Source: a bacterium (GTDB taxonomy: Bacteria > UBA8248 > JACPRG01 > G963555815). From it: 64,000 bases of DNA. Location: the NCBI GenBank assembly GCA_965261595.1, contig CBDHDG010000006.1:1753419-1817418 (forward strand), written 5' to 3'. The position numbers were made by a program, and so were the translations under genes. How positions within the stretch are numbered: position 1 is the stretch's first letter; each line of letters begins with the position of its first letter. The notes under the pieces were generated by a model. That model saw only the letters and a program-made list of their open reading frames with translations, was not told the origin of the DNA and did not search any database. Shown here piece by piece: positions 20,723-31,383 of this stretch.

Positions 20723-21900
20723 GCGCCGGCCTCCGGCTCGGTGTCGTGGAACAGGTCGACGTAGCTCTGATACATGAACCTCCGGTTGCGTGTCCGGCCG
20801 GTGAATTCGCGCAGGATGCGGCTATCAGCCATCCGCGCGACCAGATTATTGGCCGCGGTGTAGGTTGTTCCGGTCAAGCGCTGCACGTTACTTACTGACA
20901 CGATCGGGTCTTCATAAATATATTCCAGAACGCGATGGCCATTGGCGGCGGCGCGGCCGAAGTTCTCGGTGATCACACGACGATGCTCTTCACGCAGAGC
21001 GAGTATCCGCCTTGCCGTTTCGGTCGCCTGTCCGCTCACCTCCACAATGCCGCGCAGGAAGAAGGTAAGCCACTTTTCCCACGTTCCGGCGTCGCGCACC
21101 GATTGCAACTCCTCGTAATATTGTTGCCGGTGCTGCTTGAAGAACCAGGACAGGTAGAGGACCGGCTTTTGCAACACCCCCTGCTCGCAGAGCAGAAAGG
21201 TGATGAGCAGCCGTCCCACGCGGCCATTGCCGTCCAGGAAGGGGTGAATCGTCTCGAACTGGGCATGGGCCAGTCCGATTTTGACCAGCAGCGGCAACTC
21301 CGTGTCGGCGTGGATGAATCGCTCCAATTGCGACATGTCCTCCGCGACCTGGTGGGGCGGAGGCGGGACGAAGAGGGCCTCGTGAAGCGTGCAGCCGGCA
21401 GGCCCGATCCAGTTCTGGCTGCTCCTCAGCTCGCCGGGCGTGAGATGAGAGCCCCGCGCGCCTTGGAGGAGCTTGGCGTGGATTTCTCGGATCAGTCGGA
21501 TCGAAACCGGCAGCTCAGGCAGCCTTTTCAGGCCGTGATTCATGGCTTTGACATAGTTCACCACTTCGCCTACGTCGCTCGCTCGATTCGGAGCGAATAT
21601 CCTCGCTTCAGCCGCCAGCAGGTCTTGCAGCGAGCTCTGCGTCCCCTCAATCTGGCTCGACAGCACCGCCTCCTTGCGGACGTACATGCAAACGAACAGA
21701 TCCGGATTGGGCAGCGTTTGGATTGATCCATCGAGACGCCCGAGTGCGCGATCGGCCTGCGAGAGCAGCGCTTGCAACTCCCCGGTGATTTTGACGGGCG
21801 GATCAGGCGGCAAGGGCGCCGGAATGAAAGCCCTGTAGCCGGCCGGCTGCGCGATATATCGCCCTGCTCGGGTGGCGTAGTCGGTTCGGTGCTCAGCCAT
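20719..21900 (-). CDS. Fic family protein
   Basis: HPFLDGNGRVGR motif, SSQIEG inhibitory motif, C-terminal HTH; start taken at MAEHR. Confidence 0.93.
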   Translation of the reverse strand: MAEHRTDYATRAGRYIAQPAGYRAFIPAPLPPDPPVKITGELQALLSQADRALGRLDGSIQTLPNPDLFVCMYVRKEAVLSSQIEGTQSSLQDLLAAEARIFAPNRASDVGEVVNYVKAMNHGLKRLPELPVSIRLIREIHAKLLQGARGSHLTPGELRSSQNWIGPAGCTLHEALFVPPPPHQVAEDMSQLERFIHADTELPLLVKIGLAHAQFETIHPFLDGNGRVGRLLITFLLCEQGVLQKPVLYLSWFFKQHRQQYYEELQSVRDAGTWEKWLTFFLRGIVEVSGQATETARRILALREEHRRVITENFGRAAANGHRVLEYIYEDPIVSVSNVQRLTGTTYTAANNLVARMADSRILREFTGRTRNRRFMYQSYVDLFHDTEPEAGA

Positions 21901-22094
21901 GTTGCTCTTTCTATAATTACAGAGGCAAAACAATCTTGTATTACATTTAAACTTTAATATAAAAAACTCAACAGCCTTATGCAAGGCTATCTGTAATATA
22001 AATGCCTTTGAAGGGTTATATTGAAAGTTGCATTGAATATAGGAGTGAAGTCCGTTCTTGCTAAAGGCTGTGTTGAATAAAGGCATTCCCGCCC

Positions 22095-24075
22095 CTACCC
22101 GCCGACAATCTCTCCCAGCAACCCCTCGGTCTCCTCTTCCAGCGCCAGGATGTCGGCGCGGATCTCCTCCAGGGTCCGCATGGGCTTCGGCTTGTAGAAG
22201 TAGCGGGTGAAGCTGATCTCGTAGCCCGTCTTCACGCTGTCGGGCGCGTACCAGGCGTCCGGCGCGTAGGGCAGAACCTCACGCTTCAGGAAAGCGTCGA
22301 TGCCGCCCTCGTCCAGCAGCGGAACCTGCTCGGTGTCGCGCAGGTCCGGATCGGGCTCGTACTCCACCACGGCGGGCTTGCCGTCTATCGTGGCCTCGAA
22401 CAGGCCGCGCAGCGGGTCGGCCCGGGTTCCTCTCTTGTGGATCTTCCTGATGACGGGCGAGGCGGTCTCGCTTCTGTCGCCGGTCTCCTTGAGCTTCTTG
22501 ATCTCGGCGGCCTTGCAGGCGCGGCTGGGGTCCGCGCCATCGATGCGCAGAGGCCGATCGATCGTCACCTTCCAGTAGCCGAAAGCGGCGTTGGGGAAGA
22601 TCCTGCTCTGCTCGGTTTCCTTGAAATCGAAAAACGCCTCGCAGATGCGGTCGATGTCCTCGTCCGACAGCTCGCAGTTCTTCTTGCCCAGGTTCTTGCG
22701 CAGGGGCCGGGACCATTGGGTGACATCGATCAACTGCACCTTGCCTTGGCGGCGCTCGGGTTTGCGGTTGGTCAACACCCAGATGTAGGTTGCGATGCCG
22801 GTATTGTAGAACATGTTGAGCGGCAGGGCGACGACGGCCTCCAGCCAGTCGTTCTCGATGATCCAGCGGCGGATGTTGCTCTCGCCCTGGCCGGCGTCGC
22901 CGGTGAACAGGGAGCTGCCGTTGTGGACCTCGGCGATGCGGCTGCCGAGCGGGGTGTTCCGCTTCATCTTGGAGAGCTTGTTGGCGAGAAAGAGCATCTG
23001 GCCGTCGCTGGATCGGGTGATGAGGGAATACTCGGGATCTCCCGCATGCTCGATCACGAAGCGCGGGTCGCGCATGTCGCTCTTCCCGCCCATGCGCTCC
23101 AGATCGCTTTTCCAGCTCTTGCCGTAGGGCGGATTGGAGAGCATGAAGTCGAACTCGCGAGCGGCGAAGGCGTCGTTGGCGAGGGTGGAGTGCTCCGGGC
23201 CGCCCACGATGTTGTCTGCGGCGGCGCCCTCGCCCTTGAGCAGGAGATCGGCCTTGCAGATGGCGTAGGTCTCGGCGTTGATCTCCTGGCCGTAGAGGTG
23301 GGTGGAGACCTCCTTGCCGCGCTCGGCGGCGAGCTGCTCCAGGGTCTCCTCGGCTACGGTGAGCATCCCGCCGGTTCCGCAGGCTCCGTCGTAGACCAGG
23401 TAGGTGCCGGACTCGATCCGATCGGCGATGGGTAGGAAAACGAGTTTCGCCATGAGCTTCACGGCGTCGCGCGGGGTCCAGTGTTCGCCGGCCTCCTCGT
23501 TGTTCTCCTCGTTGAAGCGCCGGACCAGCTCTTCGAAGATCGTGCCCATCCCGTGATTGTCGAGGCCGGGATGCCGGACAGAGCCGTCGGCGTTCAGGAC
23601 CGGGACGGGGCTCAGGTTGATGTCGGGCGAGGTGAGCTTTTCTATCAGCAGGCCCAGGGCATCGGCTTTGGAGAGCCGCGGGATCTGGTTGCGGAACTCG
23701 AAGTTGTCCAGAATGTCCTGCACGTTGGGCGAGAACCCGTCCAGGTAGGCCTCGAAGTCGGCCTTGAGCTGCTGGAGGTTGGCCCGCGCCCGCAGGTCCC
23801 GCAAGGTGAACTTCGAGGTGTTGTAAAAGGCCTGCCCCGCCGCCTGCCGCAGGGCCGGGTCCTGTTCGACCACGCCCGCCGCGTCGAGAGAGGCCTTCAT
23901 CTCCAGGACGGCCTGCTTGCTGCCTTCGAGCACCGAACCGAGCCTACGGAGCACGGTCATGGGAAGGATCACGTCCCGGTACTTGCCGCGGGACGTAGAG
24001 GTCGCGCAGGATGTCGTCTGCGATGCCCCAGATGTAGTTCGCAATCCAGTTGAGATCGCTGTTGTTCATCGCCAT
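22095..24075 (-). pseudogene. hsdM: Type I RM methyltransferase with +1 frameshift near 23990
   Basis: MNNSDLNWIANYIWGIADDILRDLYV then a frame change to RGKYRDVILP; YDGACGTGGML and NPPY intact. Confidence 0.9.
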
Positions 24076-24338
24076 TCCCGGGTGGTGATCGCTTTCAACT
24101 GTTTACCGGGCGCTCTTTCTGAGGCCGGCAACATGCAGGGCGTTTGTTCGTACGTCGCGTAGTTCGCCGAAACTTTACATGCTCAGAAGATAGCGATGAT
24201 TGGCGGCATACACAAGCAACAACTTGGCGTGGTGTCGAAGATGCGGCGAGCCGATGGCTCCACCACCTTGCGGTAAGAAGTGATCGGCGACTGGCGGCAT
24301 GATCATGTTTTCATTGAGGCAGTTTCAGCCATTTCAGT

Positions 24339-24546
24339 TGTGGGGTTCGTATACATGGTTTCATCTTGCAATATGAGGAATGGATGCGGAACAGAAGAAG
24401 CGCCTGGGCTGGATCGAGTTGTATCAGGCAACCGGCGACGCGGGCCTCGTTTGCCGGCGATGCGGTATTTCCCGACGACCCTGCGCAAGTGGCAGCGGAG
24501 ATACGATTAAGCCGGTGTGGACGGCCTGAGGAACCAGAGCAGGCGT
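24339..24546 (+). pseudogene. IS481-family left end and transposase N-terminal remnant
   Basis: TGTGGGGTTC end; MDAEQKKRLGWIELYQATGDAGLVCRRCGISR / TLRKWQRRY...GLRNQSRR with a frameshift and a stop. Confidence 0.65.
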
Positions 24547-24772
24547 GGAGAAGGAGCGTTTCATTGAGCAGATCCGCCTCGCGTGGTTGTACTGTCCCGA
24601 CGAAGTGATAAGGGCAGGGTACGCATTTCTCGCAACCGTTTCGGATACTGCCACGTCTTCCCACCAAGAGAGGGAGCGCGCTCTTGCGGAATTCGTGATT
24701 AGTCTGAGACGGAATCTCAAGCCCGGTACGCATTTGACTGCGGATGACTACCGCAACTTGAAAAGCACCTGA
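24545..24772 (+). pseudogene. C-terminal fragment of a small hypothetical protein
   Basis: Protein-like ORF (LAWLYCPDEVIRAGYAFL) fused directly to the IS481 remnant. Confidence 0.45.
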
Positions 24773-24773
24773 C

Positions 24774-24831
24774 CTGACCTCTTAACCATCTTGCATGCTT
24801 CATAGTACGGACGAGAAGGTTAAGAGGTCAG
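24774..24831. repeat. Inverted repeat / hairpin
   Basis: CTGACCTCTTAACC...GGTTAAGAGGTCAG, 14 bp perfect with a 30-nt partly paired interior. Confidence 0.8.
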
Positions 24832-24957
24832 ATGAGATCGACGACGGGTTAGATTCCTCGCTTGACGCATCCAGCGCCGGAACTGCAGCGGGCGAAGCGG
24901 AAGGATAATATCGCCGCTACTCGTTGGAGAACGCGCTTCTCAATACGCTGATATATC

Positions 24958-26202
24958 TCAATTTCCAGGTGGGTGCGCCTCCGCAGCCGGCACGTCTTCC
25001 CCCATCAGCTTGTCAATACGGTCGGCGATCCGCTGTGTGGGCTCTCGGAGCTGCTCCACCGTCCAGTCAGCGGCGTAACCCTCGGTCACGTCCTGGGGCC
25101 GGGCGTGATTGACGAGGCGCTTGGTCAGCGAGCGCGGCAGCATGAGTTCCCGCTCGGCCACCGTGATGAAGGCGTTGCGCAAACCGTGGAACCAGAACCG
25201 TGTTCCGCCCTCCTCGGTGATATCGCCGTAGAACCTCGCGATGTCCGCGACGTGTCCGCTCCCGCTCTTAGAAGACGGAAACACCCAGCCGTTCTGGCGC
25301 GCCGCCGGGTCGGCGTCCGCTAGGCGCTGCTCGAGGATGGCGGCGAGTTGCCGGGTGAGCGGAAGCTCCAGCGGCTCCCCGGTCTTGGTCTCCTCGACCC
25401 TGAGGATGCGCCGCTCCATGTCCACCTGCTCCCAGCGCAGCGAAACGATCTCGCCCCGGCGCATGCCGGTGTAGATGCCGATCAGGAAGATGTCGCGAAC
25501 CTCCGGTTCGAGGTCGGCGGCCTCGATGCCCGCGCGCCAGCGAGGCAACACCTCCGCCGGGCTCGATATCCGCCGCCTCCGCTTCCGGTGGAAGCGCCCC
25601 CCGGCCGCCAGCCACAGGTCGACTGGATTGCGCAAACCCTCGAAATCGACGCAGGGCCGGCGGTAGATCGAGCGCAGCATCGAGAGCGTCTGGTTGGCCG
25701 CCGACCAGCCGTTTCTGGCGGTGATGAGATTGAAGCGGTCCTCCACGTCCTGGCGGGTGATGGCGTCGAGCGGACGCTTCAGCCAGTCGGAGACGTTGAC
25801 CCGCAGGTTCTGTTGGTAGAGCCTGACGGTATTGGCTGCGCGGTTGGGATTAGCCGCCATGTAGACCTCGAAGGCTCGGGCCAGGGTGGGGACGCCGCGG
25901 GCATCGGCTCGTTCTCCGGCAGGATCCTCGCCCCGGGCGACGCGTCCGAGCAGGTCCTGGGCCATGCGCCGCGCCCGGTCTGGAGCGATGCGGCCGTAGC
26001 GTCCGATCACCACCCGCTTGTTGGGCGCCTTGCGGCCGCCGGAGCCTGCGCGGTAGTTGACGATGAACGACTTGGTGCCCGAGGGCTGGACGCGAACGCC
26101 GAAGCCCGTCAGCTTGTCGTCCCAGGCGATCCAGGACTTCTCTGTGGGCCTGGTGAGTGTCGTCCTGACCCTGGCGATGCGTTTTCCGGTGTTCTCGTTC
26201 AT
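24958..26202 (-). CDS. Tyrosine integrase with N-terminal arm-binding domain
   Basis: WDDKLTGFGVRV; TGMRRGE, HGLR, VNH, TEGY; start taken at MNENTG. Confidence 0.93.
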   Translation of the reverse strand: MNENTGKRIARVRTTLTRPTEKSWIAWDDKLTGFGVRVQPSGTKSFIVNYRAGSGGRKAPNKRVVIGRYGRIAPDRARRMAQDLLGRVARGEDPAGERADARGVPTLARAFEVYMAANPNRAANTVRLYQQNLRVNVSDWLKRPLDAITRQDVEDRFNLITARNGWSAANQTLSMLRSIYRRPCVDFEGLRNPVDLWLAAGGRFHRKRRRRISSPAEVLPRWRAGIEAADLEPEVRDIFLIGIYTGMRRGEIVSLRWEQVDMERRILRVEETKTGEPLELPLTRQLAAILEQRLADADPAARQNGWVFPSSKSGSGHVADIARFYGDITEEGGTRFWFHGLRNAFITVAERELMLPRSLTKRLVNHARPQDVTEGYAADWTVEQLREPTQRIADRIDKLMGEDVPAAEAHPPGN

Positions 26203-26322
26203 GCCCGGACTATAACACCGTGCATCAGAATTGGCAACACTATTGTCAACACACGAAAAGAAACCGGAGCGTTCGCAAACGTACGAATTGCGGTAGATCA
26301 GAGACAGGAATCCATTATAATT

Positions 26323-27222
26323 GGGGATTATAAAGGTTTTGACACCAATTGAGTGAGATGTTGGACCACCAGGGGAAAGAGATCCTGGTGTCGGTGATTG
26401 TAACGGAATTCCATCTCCTTCAGGTAGAGGGGGAACCGCTCTTTGGACACCCCATGATGTTTGATGAGCCTCTCCTTGGCGTAGGCCCAAAAGCCTTCCA
26501 GGCCGTTGATGTGCACTTTGCCCCGACTGAAGCGCCGATCATGATCCACCCGCAAGTGGCGATAGCCGCAGAACATCAGGGCGTCATAGACCCGGTAGCG
26601 GTCGGTGTAGACCACGCTGCCCCGACGGACCAACTTCACGGTGGAGGCCAAAAGGGTCTGGGCCTTGACGTTGCCGACCGCCTCCACCTTCACCCGGCCG
26701 CCCCGCTCCAATATGCCGAAAACAGGGACTTTACCCGCTGCGCCTCGGCCTCTCTTCCCCTTGCGCCTGCCCCCGAAGTAGGCCTCGTCCGCCTCCACCT
26801 CCCCTCGAAGAAGCTCCTGTCCCCCCGGCGTGCCGGCCACAAGACTGCGCCTGAGCGTCGTCACAGCCCTGAGCGCCGTCGGATAGCTCACGGCGAGTTG
26901 CTGGGCCATCTTGCGGGCCGAGACCTCCAGCTCAAAGAGCTTCACCACCCAAAGCCACTGCCGGGCCGAGAGGCGAAGCTGGCCCAGCCAGCGGCCCGTG
27001 AACGGCCCGAAGGTGTACCGACACCCAGCGCAGCGAAAGCGCCCTTTCGTGCCCACAACGTAGCATTTTCGACCCTCACAACGAGGGCAGATTTTACGCC
27101 TGTTTTTCTGACACGCCCTGAGCAAATGGCGTCTCGCTGTAACCTCCGTTTTTACAAGGCCTTCAAAGCTCTTTACGTCCATGACACCAGCCTAATCCGG
27201 TGTCATAGCCTTTACAATCCCC
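26323..27222 (-). mobile_element. Complete IS1595-family element (transposase 26328..27182)
   Basis: IRs GGGGATTATAAAGG / GGGGATTGTAAAGG; 8-bp TSD TTATAATT at 26315-26322 and 27223-27230; VEADEAYF, YTD, HINGLEGFW. Confidence 0.95.
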
Positions 27223-27299
27223 TTATAATTAATTGAAAGACATATAGTATAGGCGTTTCATTCGAAGACAATCGTACTTTTGTCTGTTTTGGTATAATA

Positions 27300-27500
27300 T
27301 GTTTCTCGAACATGTCGACCAGCCCGGGCTGGAAGGTGACGACCCGGTGCCACTCGGTCTTGTCGACCCGATCGCCGGTCTGCTTGTCGATGTAGCCCTC
27401 GTCGGTGGCGATCGACAGGTTGGCCACGCGTCCGCCGCTGGTGAGGTGGTTGACAGTGACGTCGGCGCCGAGGCGGCCGATCACTTCAGCGCGATTGAGT
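27300..27500 (-). pseudogene. ssb: Single-stranded DNA-binding protein fragment
   Basis: IGRLGAD...VANLSIATDE...KTEWHRVV, truncated after about 60 aa. Confidence 0.8.
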
Positions 27501-27696
27501 CCGAATATTTAAATGGCAATACTGCGCACGGCTGCGTAGGCACGCGATGGGAACGTCATCTGTACATATAATTCAGGCTATTATACGAATTATGTCATAA
27601 TCGTCCGCGACACGGGCGTGAAGATATACGCTGGTATTGACTTTTTAGTGTTGATTGATATGATGACTTTCAGGCCATTTCACGGAGATAATCATT

Positions 27697-28965
27697 ATGT
27701 CAACACAGTCCGCCAAGCGAACCGCAAACGTCAAACTCACCCTCAGCAAACGCGCCGTCGACGCCCTCAAGCCCGCCGACAAGCCTTGGATCGCGTGGGA
27801 TAACAAGCTCACCGGATTTGGCGTCCGCGTCCAGCCCTCCGGCATCCGCTCCTACATCGTCAACTACCGCGCCGGAGACGGCGGACGAAAAGCCGCCAAC
27901 CGACGCATCGTCATCGGACGGCACGGACGCATCACGCCCGAGCAGGCCAGGCGGAACGCCCAGGAAATCCTCGGACGCGTCGCCACCGGCGAGGATCCCG
28001 CCGTAGACCGCGCCCGCTCCCGCGCCATGCCTACCCTGCGCGAGGCCTTCGAGGACTATCTGGCCGTCGGTCCCGAGCGCAGGAAGAGCACTCTAGACTG
28101 CTACCGCGGCACCGTCTACCGCGACCTCGGCGCCTGCCTCGACCGACCCCTCGACACCATCTCCCGCAAGGATGTCGAGCAGTGCTTCAACCGCCTCACC
28201 CGCGAGGCCGGATGGGTCCAGGCCAACAATGCAGTCAAGATGCTGCGCGCCCTCTACCGGCGCCAGTGTATCGACTTCGAGGGCCTGCACAACCCCGTGG
28301 ACCAGTGGCGCGCGGCCGGCGGGCGGCCCAACCGAGTGCGCCGGCGCCGCATCCCGCCCCCGGCCGAGGTCCTGCCCCGCTGGCATAAGGGCATCGAGAC
28401 CGCGGTGCGCAATCCCGTGGGCCGCGACGCCTTCCGCTTCGGCCTCTACACCGGCATGCGCCGCGACGAGGTGCTCGGCCTGCGATGGGAACAGGTGAAC
28501 CTGGAGGCCATGACCTTGCGGGTCGAGGAGACCAAGACCGGCGAGCCGCTGGAGCTGCCCGTCACCCGCCAGCTCGCCGCCATCCTCGAACGGCGTCTGT
28601 CCGAGCGCGAACGCTTCCCCGAGCACGCCCGGTCCTGGGTGTTCCCGTCGGAGACGAGCAGGTCGGGCAGGCTCAACAGCATGCAGCACCTCAACGCGCG
28701 CATCGGCGAGGCGGGCGGCGCGAAGTTCTGGTTCCACGCCTTCCGCAACTGCTTCATCACCGTGGCGAACCGCAACCTGATGCTCCCGAACAGCTTGACG
28801 AAGCGGCTGGTCAATCATGCACGGCCCTCGGACGTGACCGAGGGCTATGCCGCCGACTGGACCATGGAGCAGCTGCGCGAGAGCGCCCAGCGCATCGCCG
28901 ACCGGATCGATGAGATAATACAGGCAGGGATACCTACGGCGCGGGAATTCCAGCCAAAGGGGTGA
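27697..28965 (+). CDS. Tyrosine integrase, paralogue of 24958..26202
   Basis: WDNKLTGFGVRV; TGMRRDE, HAFR, VNH, TEGY. Confidence 0.93.
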   Translation: MSTQSAKRTANVKLTLSKRAVDALKPADKPWIAWDNKLTGFGVRVQPSGIRSYIVNYRAGDGGRKAANRRIVIGRHGRITPEQARRNAQEILGRVATGEDPAVDRARSRAMPTLREAFEDYLAVGPERRKSTLDCYRGTVYRDLGACLDRPLDTISRKDVEQCFNRLTREAGWVQANNAVKMLRALYRRQCIDFEGLHNPVDQWRAAGGRPNRVRRRRIPPPAEVLPRWHKGIETAVRNPVGRDAFRFGLYTGMRRDEVLGLRWEQVNLEAMTLRVEETKTGEPLELPVTRQLAAILERRLSERERFPEHARSWVFPSETSRSGRLNSMQHLNARIGEAGGAKFWFHAFRNCFITVANRNLMLPNSLTKRLVNHARPSDVTEGYAADWTMEQLRESAQRIADRIDEIIQAGIPTAREFQPKG

Positions 28966-29419
28966 CGTGCGCCGGACAGCGGTTCAGCCGCCTTCCGGTA
29001 TGACCGCTGCCGCTCCTCGTTCTCATCCCTTGCAGCCGCAAAACAGGCGAGGATGACGTTTCGGCCATAACCGGGCTGCTGCTTACTCTCGCCTTGACCC
29101 CTTCACGTTCCCAACGGGCCAACTATGAGTAGACCGTCTGCCAGGGCGGGAAATCGTCCAGCAGCAGGCACCACGAACAACCCGCTCGCAAGAATTATTG
29201 GATCGCCTCGACGATGGCGCGCTTGCCAGCCCTGCATGGACGCGCATCGGCAATCCGTCCGGGATCATCGGCCCCATGACCAGCCGCTAGCTGTCGGTAA
29301 GATCGGACAATTTAGCGCACCTTCGGCATATCGGCATGGGTGCCGATCCATCCGCGTTGACTCCGATACCCCATGAATTACAAGCAATTCTTCAAGGGAT
29401 TCCCTTCTCAAACAAGCTT

Positions 29420-29824
29420 TTAGCCGTCCAGAAAGTTCCTGATCCTCGCCTTGATCGAATCACGGTCCTTCGTCTCACACTCCCAGATCACGAGCACGTC
29501 CCAGCCTAGTTCGCGCAGCGCCCCGAGCCTCGACTCGTCGCGTGCCCGGTTCCGCTCAATCTTCGCGGCCCAATAGCTGGGGCGCGTCCTCGAGACATGG
29601 GCCATCCTACAGTCATGCCCATGCCAAAAGCATCCGTGTACGAAGATGACCTTACGGCGGCCCGGAAACACCAAGTCCGGTGAGCCAGGTAGGTCGCGCC
29701 GATGCAGCCTGAAACGGTAGCCCATGGCGTGCGCTAAGCGACGCACCGCCAGCTCCGGCTTCGTGTCCTTCCCGCGAATCCGGCTCATATTGGCGCTACG
29801 CTGTTCAGGAGTGAGACGATCCAA
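29420..29824 (-). CDS. vsr: Very short patch repair endonuclease
   Basis: RSANMSRIRGKDTKPE, LPGSPD, FVHGCFWHGH, IWECE. Confidence 0.95.
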   Translation of the reverse strand: MDRLTPEQRSANMSRIRGKDTKPELAVRRLAHAMGYRFRLHRRDLPGSPDLVFPGRRKVIFVHGCFWHGHDCRMAHVSRTRPSYWAAKIERNRARDESRLGALRELGWDVLVIWECETKDRDSIKARIRNFLDG

Positions 29825-29916
29825 AGTTCCGTTCTCCGCCGCGTTTAGCCTTTGGACTTGACTTCACTGAAATGTAATGCACAATGAAGTATGATGATGC
29901 TAAATGACGTGAGATG

Positions 29917-30116
29917 ATGAAAACATCAGCACCACGAGGAAGCTGAAAGGGGCCACGGATCATCATCAGTCTGTCCGATCGCGATCATACCGCTCTCACG
30001 GAATTGGCGGAAAAGCATAACGTGTCCATCTCGTGGCTCACCCATCAGGCCTTGTCGAATTCATCGAAAAATACATGGACACCCAAGCCCAACTCCCACT
30101 TCACATCAAGAAATAA
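29917..30116 (+). pseudogene. Ribbon-helix-helix regulator, frameshifted
   Basis: PRIIISLSDRDHTALTELAEKHNVSISWL...EFIEKY...QLPL read across frame changes, directly before dcm. Confidence 0.55.
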
Positions 30117-30124
30117 TAAGGCAC

Positions 30125-31383
30125 ATGCCTAAGAAAAGTAGAAAAGAAATCTGGTCCTTCTTCTCAGGCGCAATGGGCCTGGATCTTGGCCTTGAGGAGG
30201 CCGGTTTTGCTCCGACCCTTGTCAATGAAATCGACAAGAATTGCTGCAAAACGATTCGGCTCAACCGCCCCGACCTCCAGCTCGTCACCGAGAGCATCAG
30301 CGACCTAACCGCCGACAAGCTACGCGCTTACCGGAACTTTGACGGCGACGTGCAAATGATGGTGGGCGGTCCACCATGCCAGAGCTTTTCGTCCGGGGGC
30401 AAGCGTACCTCTCTCTCCGACCCGCGGGGCAATCTGATTTACGAATATCTCCGGCTCATTGGCACGGTGAAACCTCGCTACTTCATCCTTGAGAATGTCG
30501 CCAACCTCACGACCGCCGCCCTTCGCCACCGGCCTATTGCCGACCGGCCAGGTCAGCACTGGAGCCTGAAACGCTACGATACCGACTGGCAGGACGGTGA
30601 CGGCGATGCATCGCCACTTGAGCCCGAGGAACGATCCGGCTCCGCTGTTCGCCAGCTTCTCGACGACGTGCGCAGTCTCGGTTATCATGTCGTCTTCGGT
30701 GTGCTCGCGCTGTCGATTTCGGCACGCCGCAGCGTCGTCTCCGCTTTATCATGTTCGGCTCGCGGGACTGGCCGCCGCCCTCCCTGCCGAACCCCACGCA
30801 TGGCCCGGTAGGCTCTGGCCTTGAACCGTTCCGGACGGTGCGCCAAGCGATCTATCACATGCAGAACGATCCCGGATCGGGCTCCGAGTACACCCCCCCT
30901 GTGCGCCGGTTCTTCGCCATGGTTCCCGAAGGCGGCAACTGGCGCGACCTGCCGCCCAAGCTACAGCCCGAGGCCCTGGGCGGTTCCTGGGCCGCCGGTG
31001 GCGGCAAGACTGGCTTCTACCGACGCCTCTCTTGGGACACTCCCTCACCCACCATCACCGGCCGCGCAAACCGCAAGGGAAGCGCCCTGTGTCACCCCGA
31101 GGCTCTCCGTCCCGTGTCAGTTCGGGAATGCGCGGCGCTTCAAGGCTTCCCCGAAGACTGGCAATTCGTGGGCTCTATGAACGCTCAATACATGCAGATC
31201 GGGAACGCCGTCCCGGTCCTGCTCAGCAAAGCCATCGCCGGCTCGTTCCTCCGGCATAAAACCATCGCCCCGAAAATGAAGAACTGGAACGCGGACTTTG
31301 ACGCGATGCTCGATACCGCCGTGACGCGGCTTCGGGCGTCCGCCCGCAACAAGCAGAAGGCGGCCAAAGAAATTGTCTCATGA
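30125..31383 (+). pseudogene. dcm: C5-cytosine DNA methyltransferase with a 1-nt deletion near 30707
   Basis: FFSGAMG, GGPPCQSFS, ENV; AVDFGTPQRRLR lies in the next frame; ends LQGFP...QIGNAVP. Confidence 0.9.

Noticed and set aside
21901..22086. N-terminal extension of Fic in the ORF track
   Set aside because: AT-rich intergenic sequence; Fic-like sequence begins at MAEHR (21900).
26203..26490. N-terminal extension of the integrase in the ORF track
   Set aside because: It runs through the IS1595 end; comparison with the paralogue supports a start at 26202.
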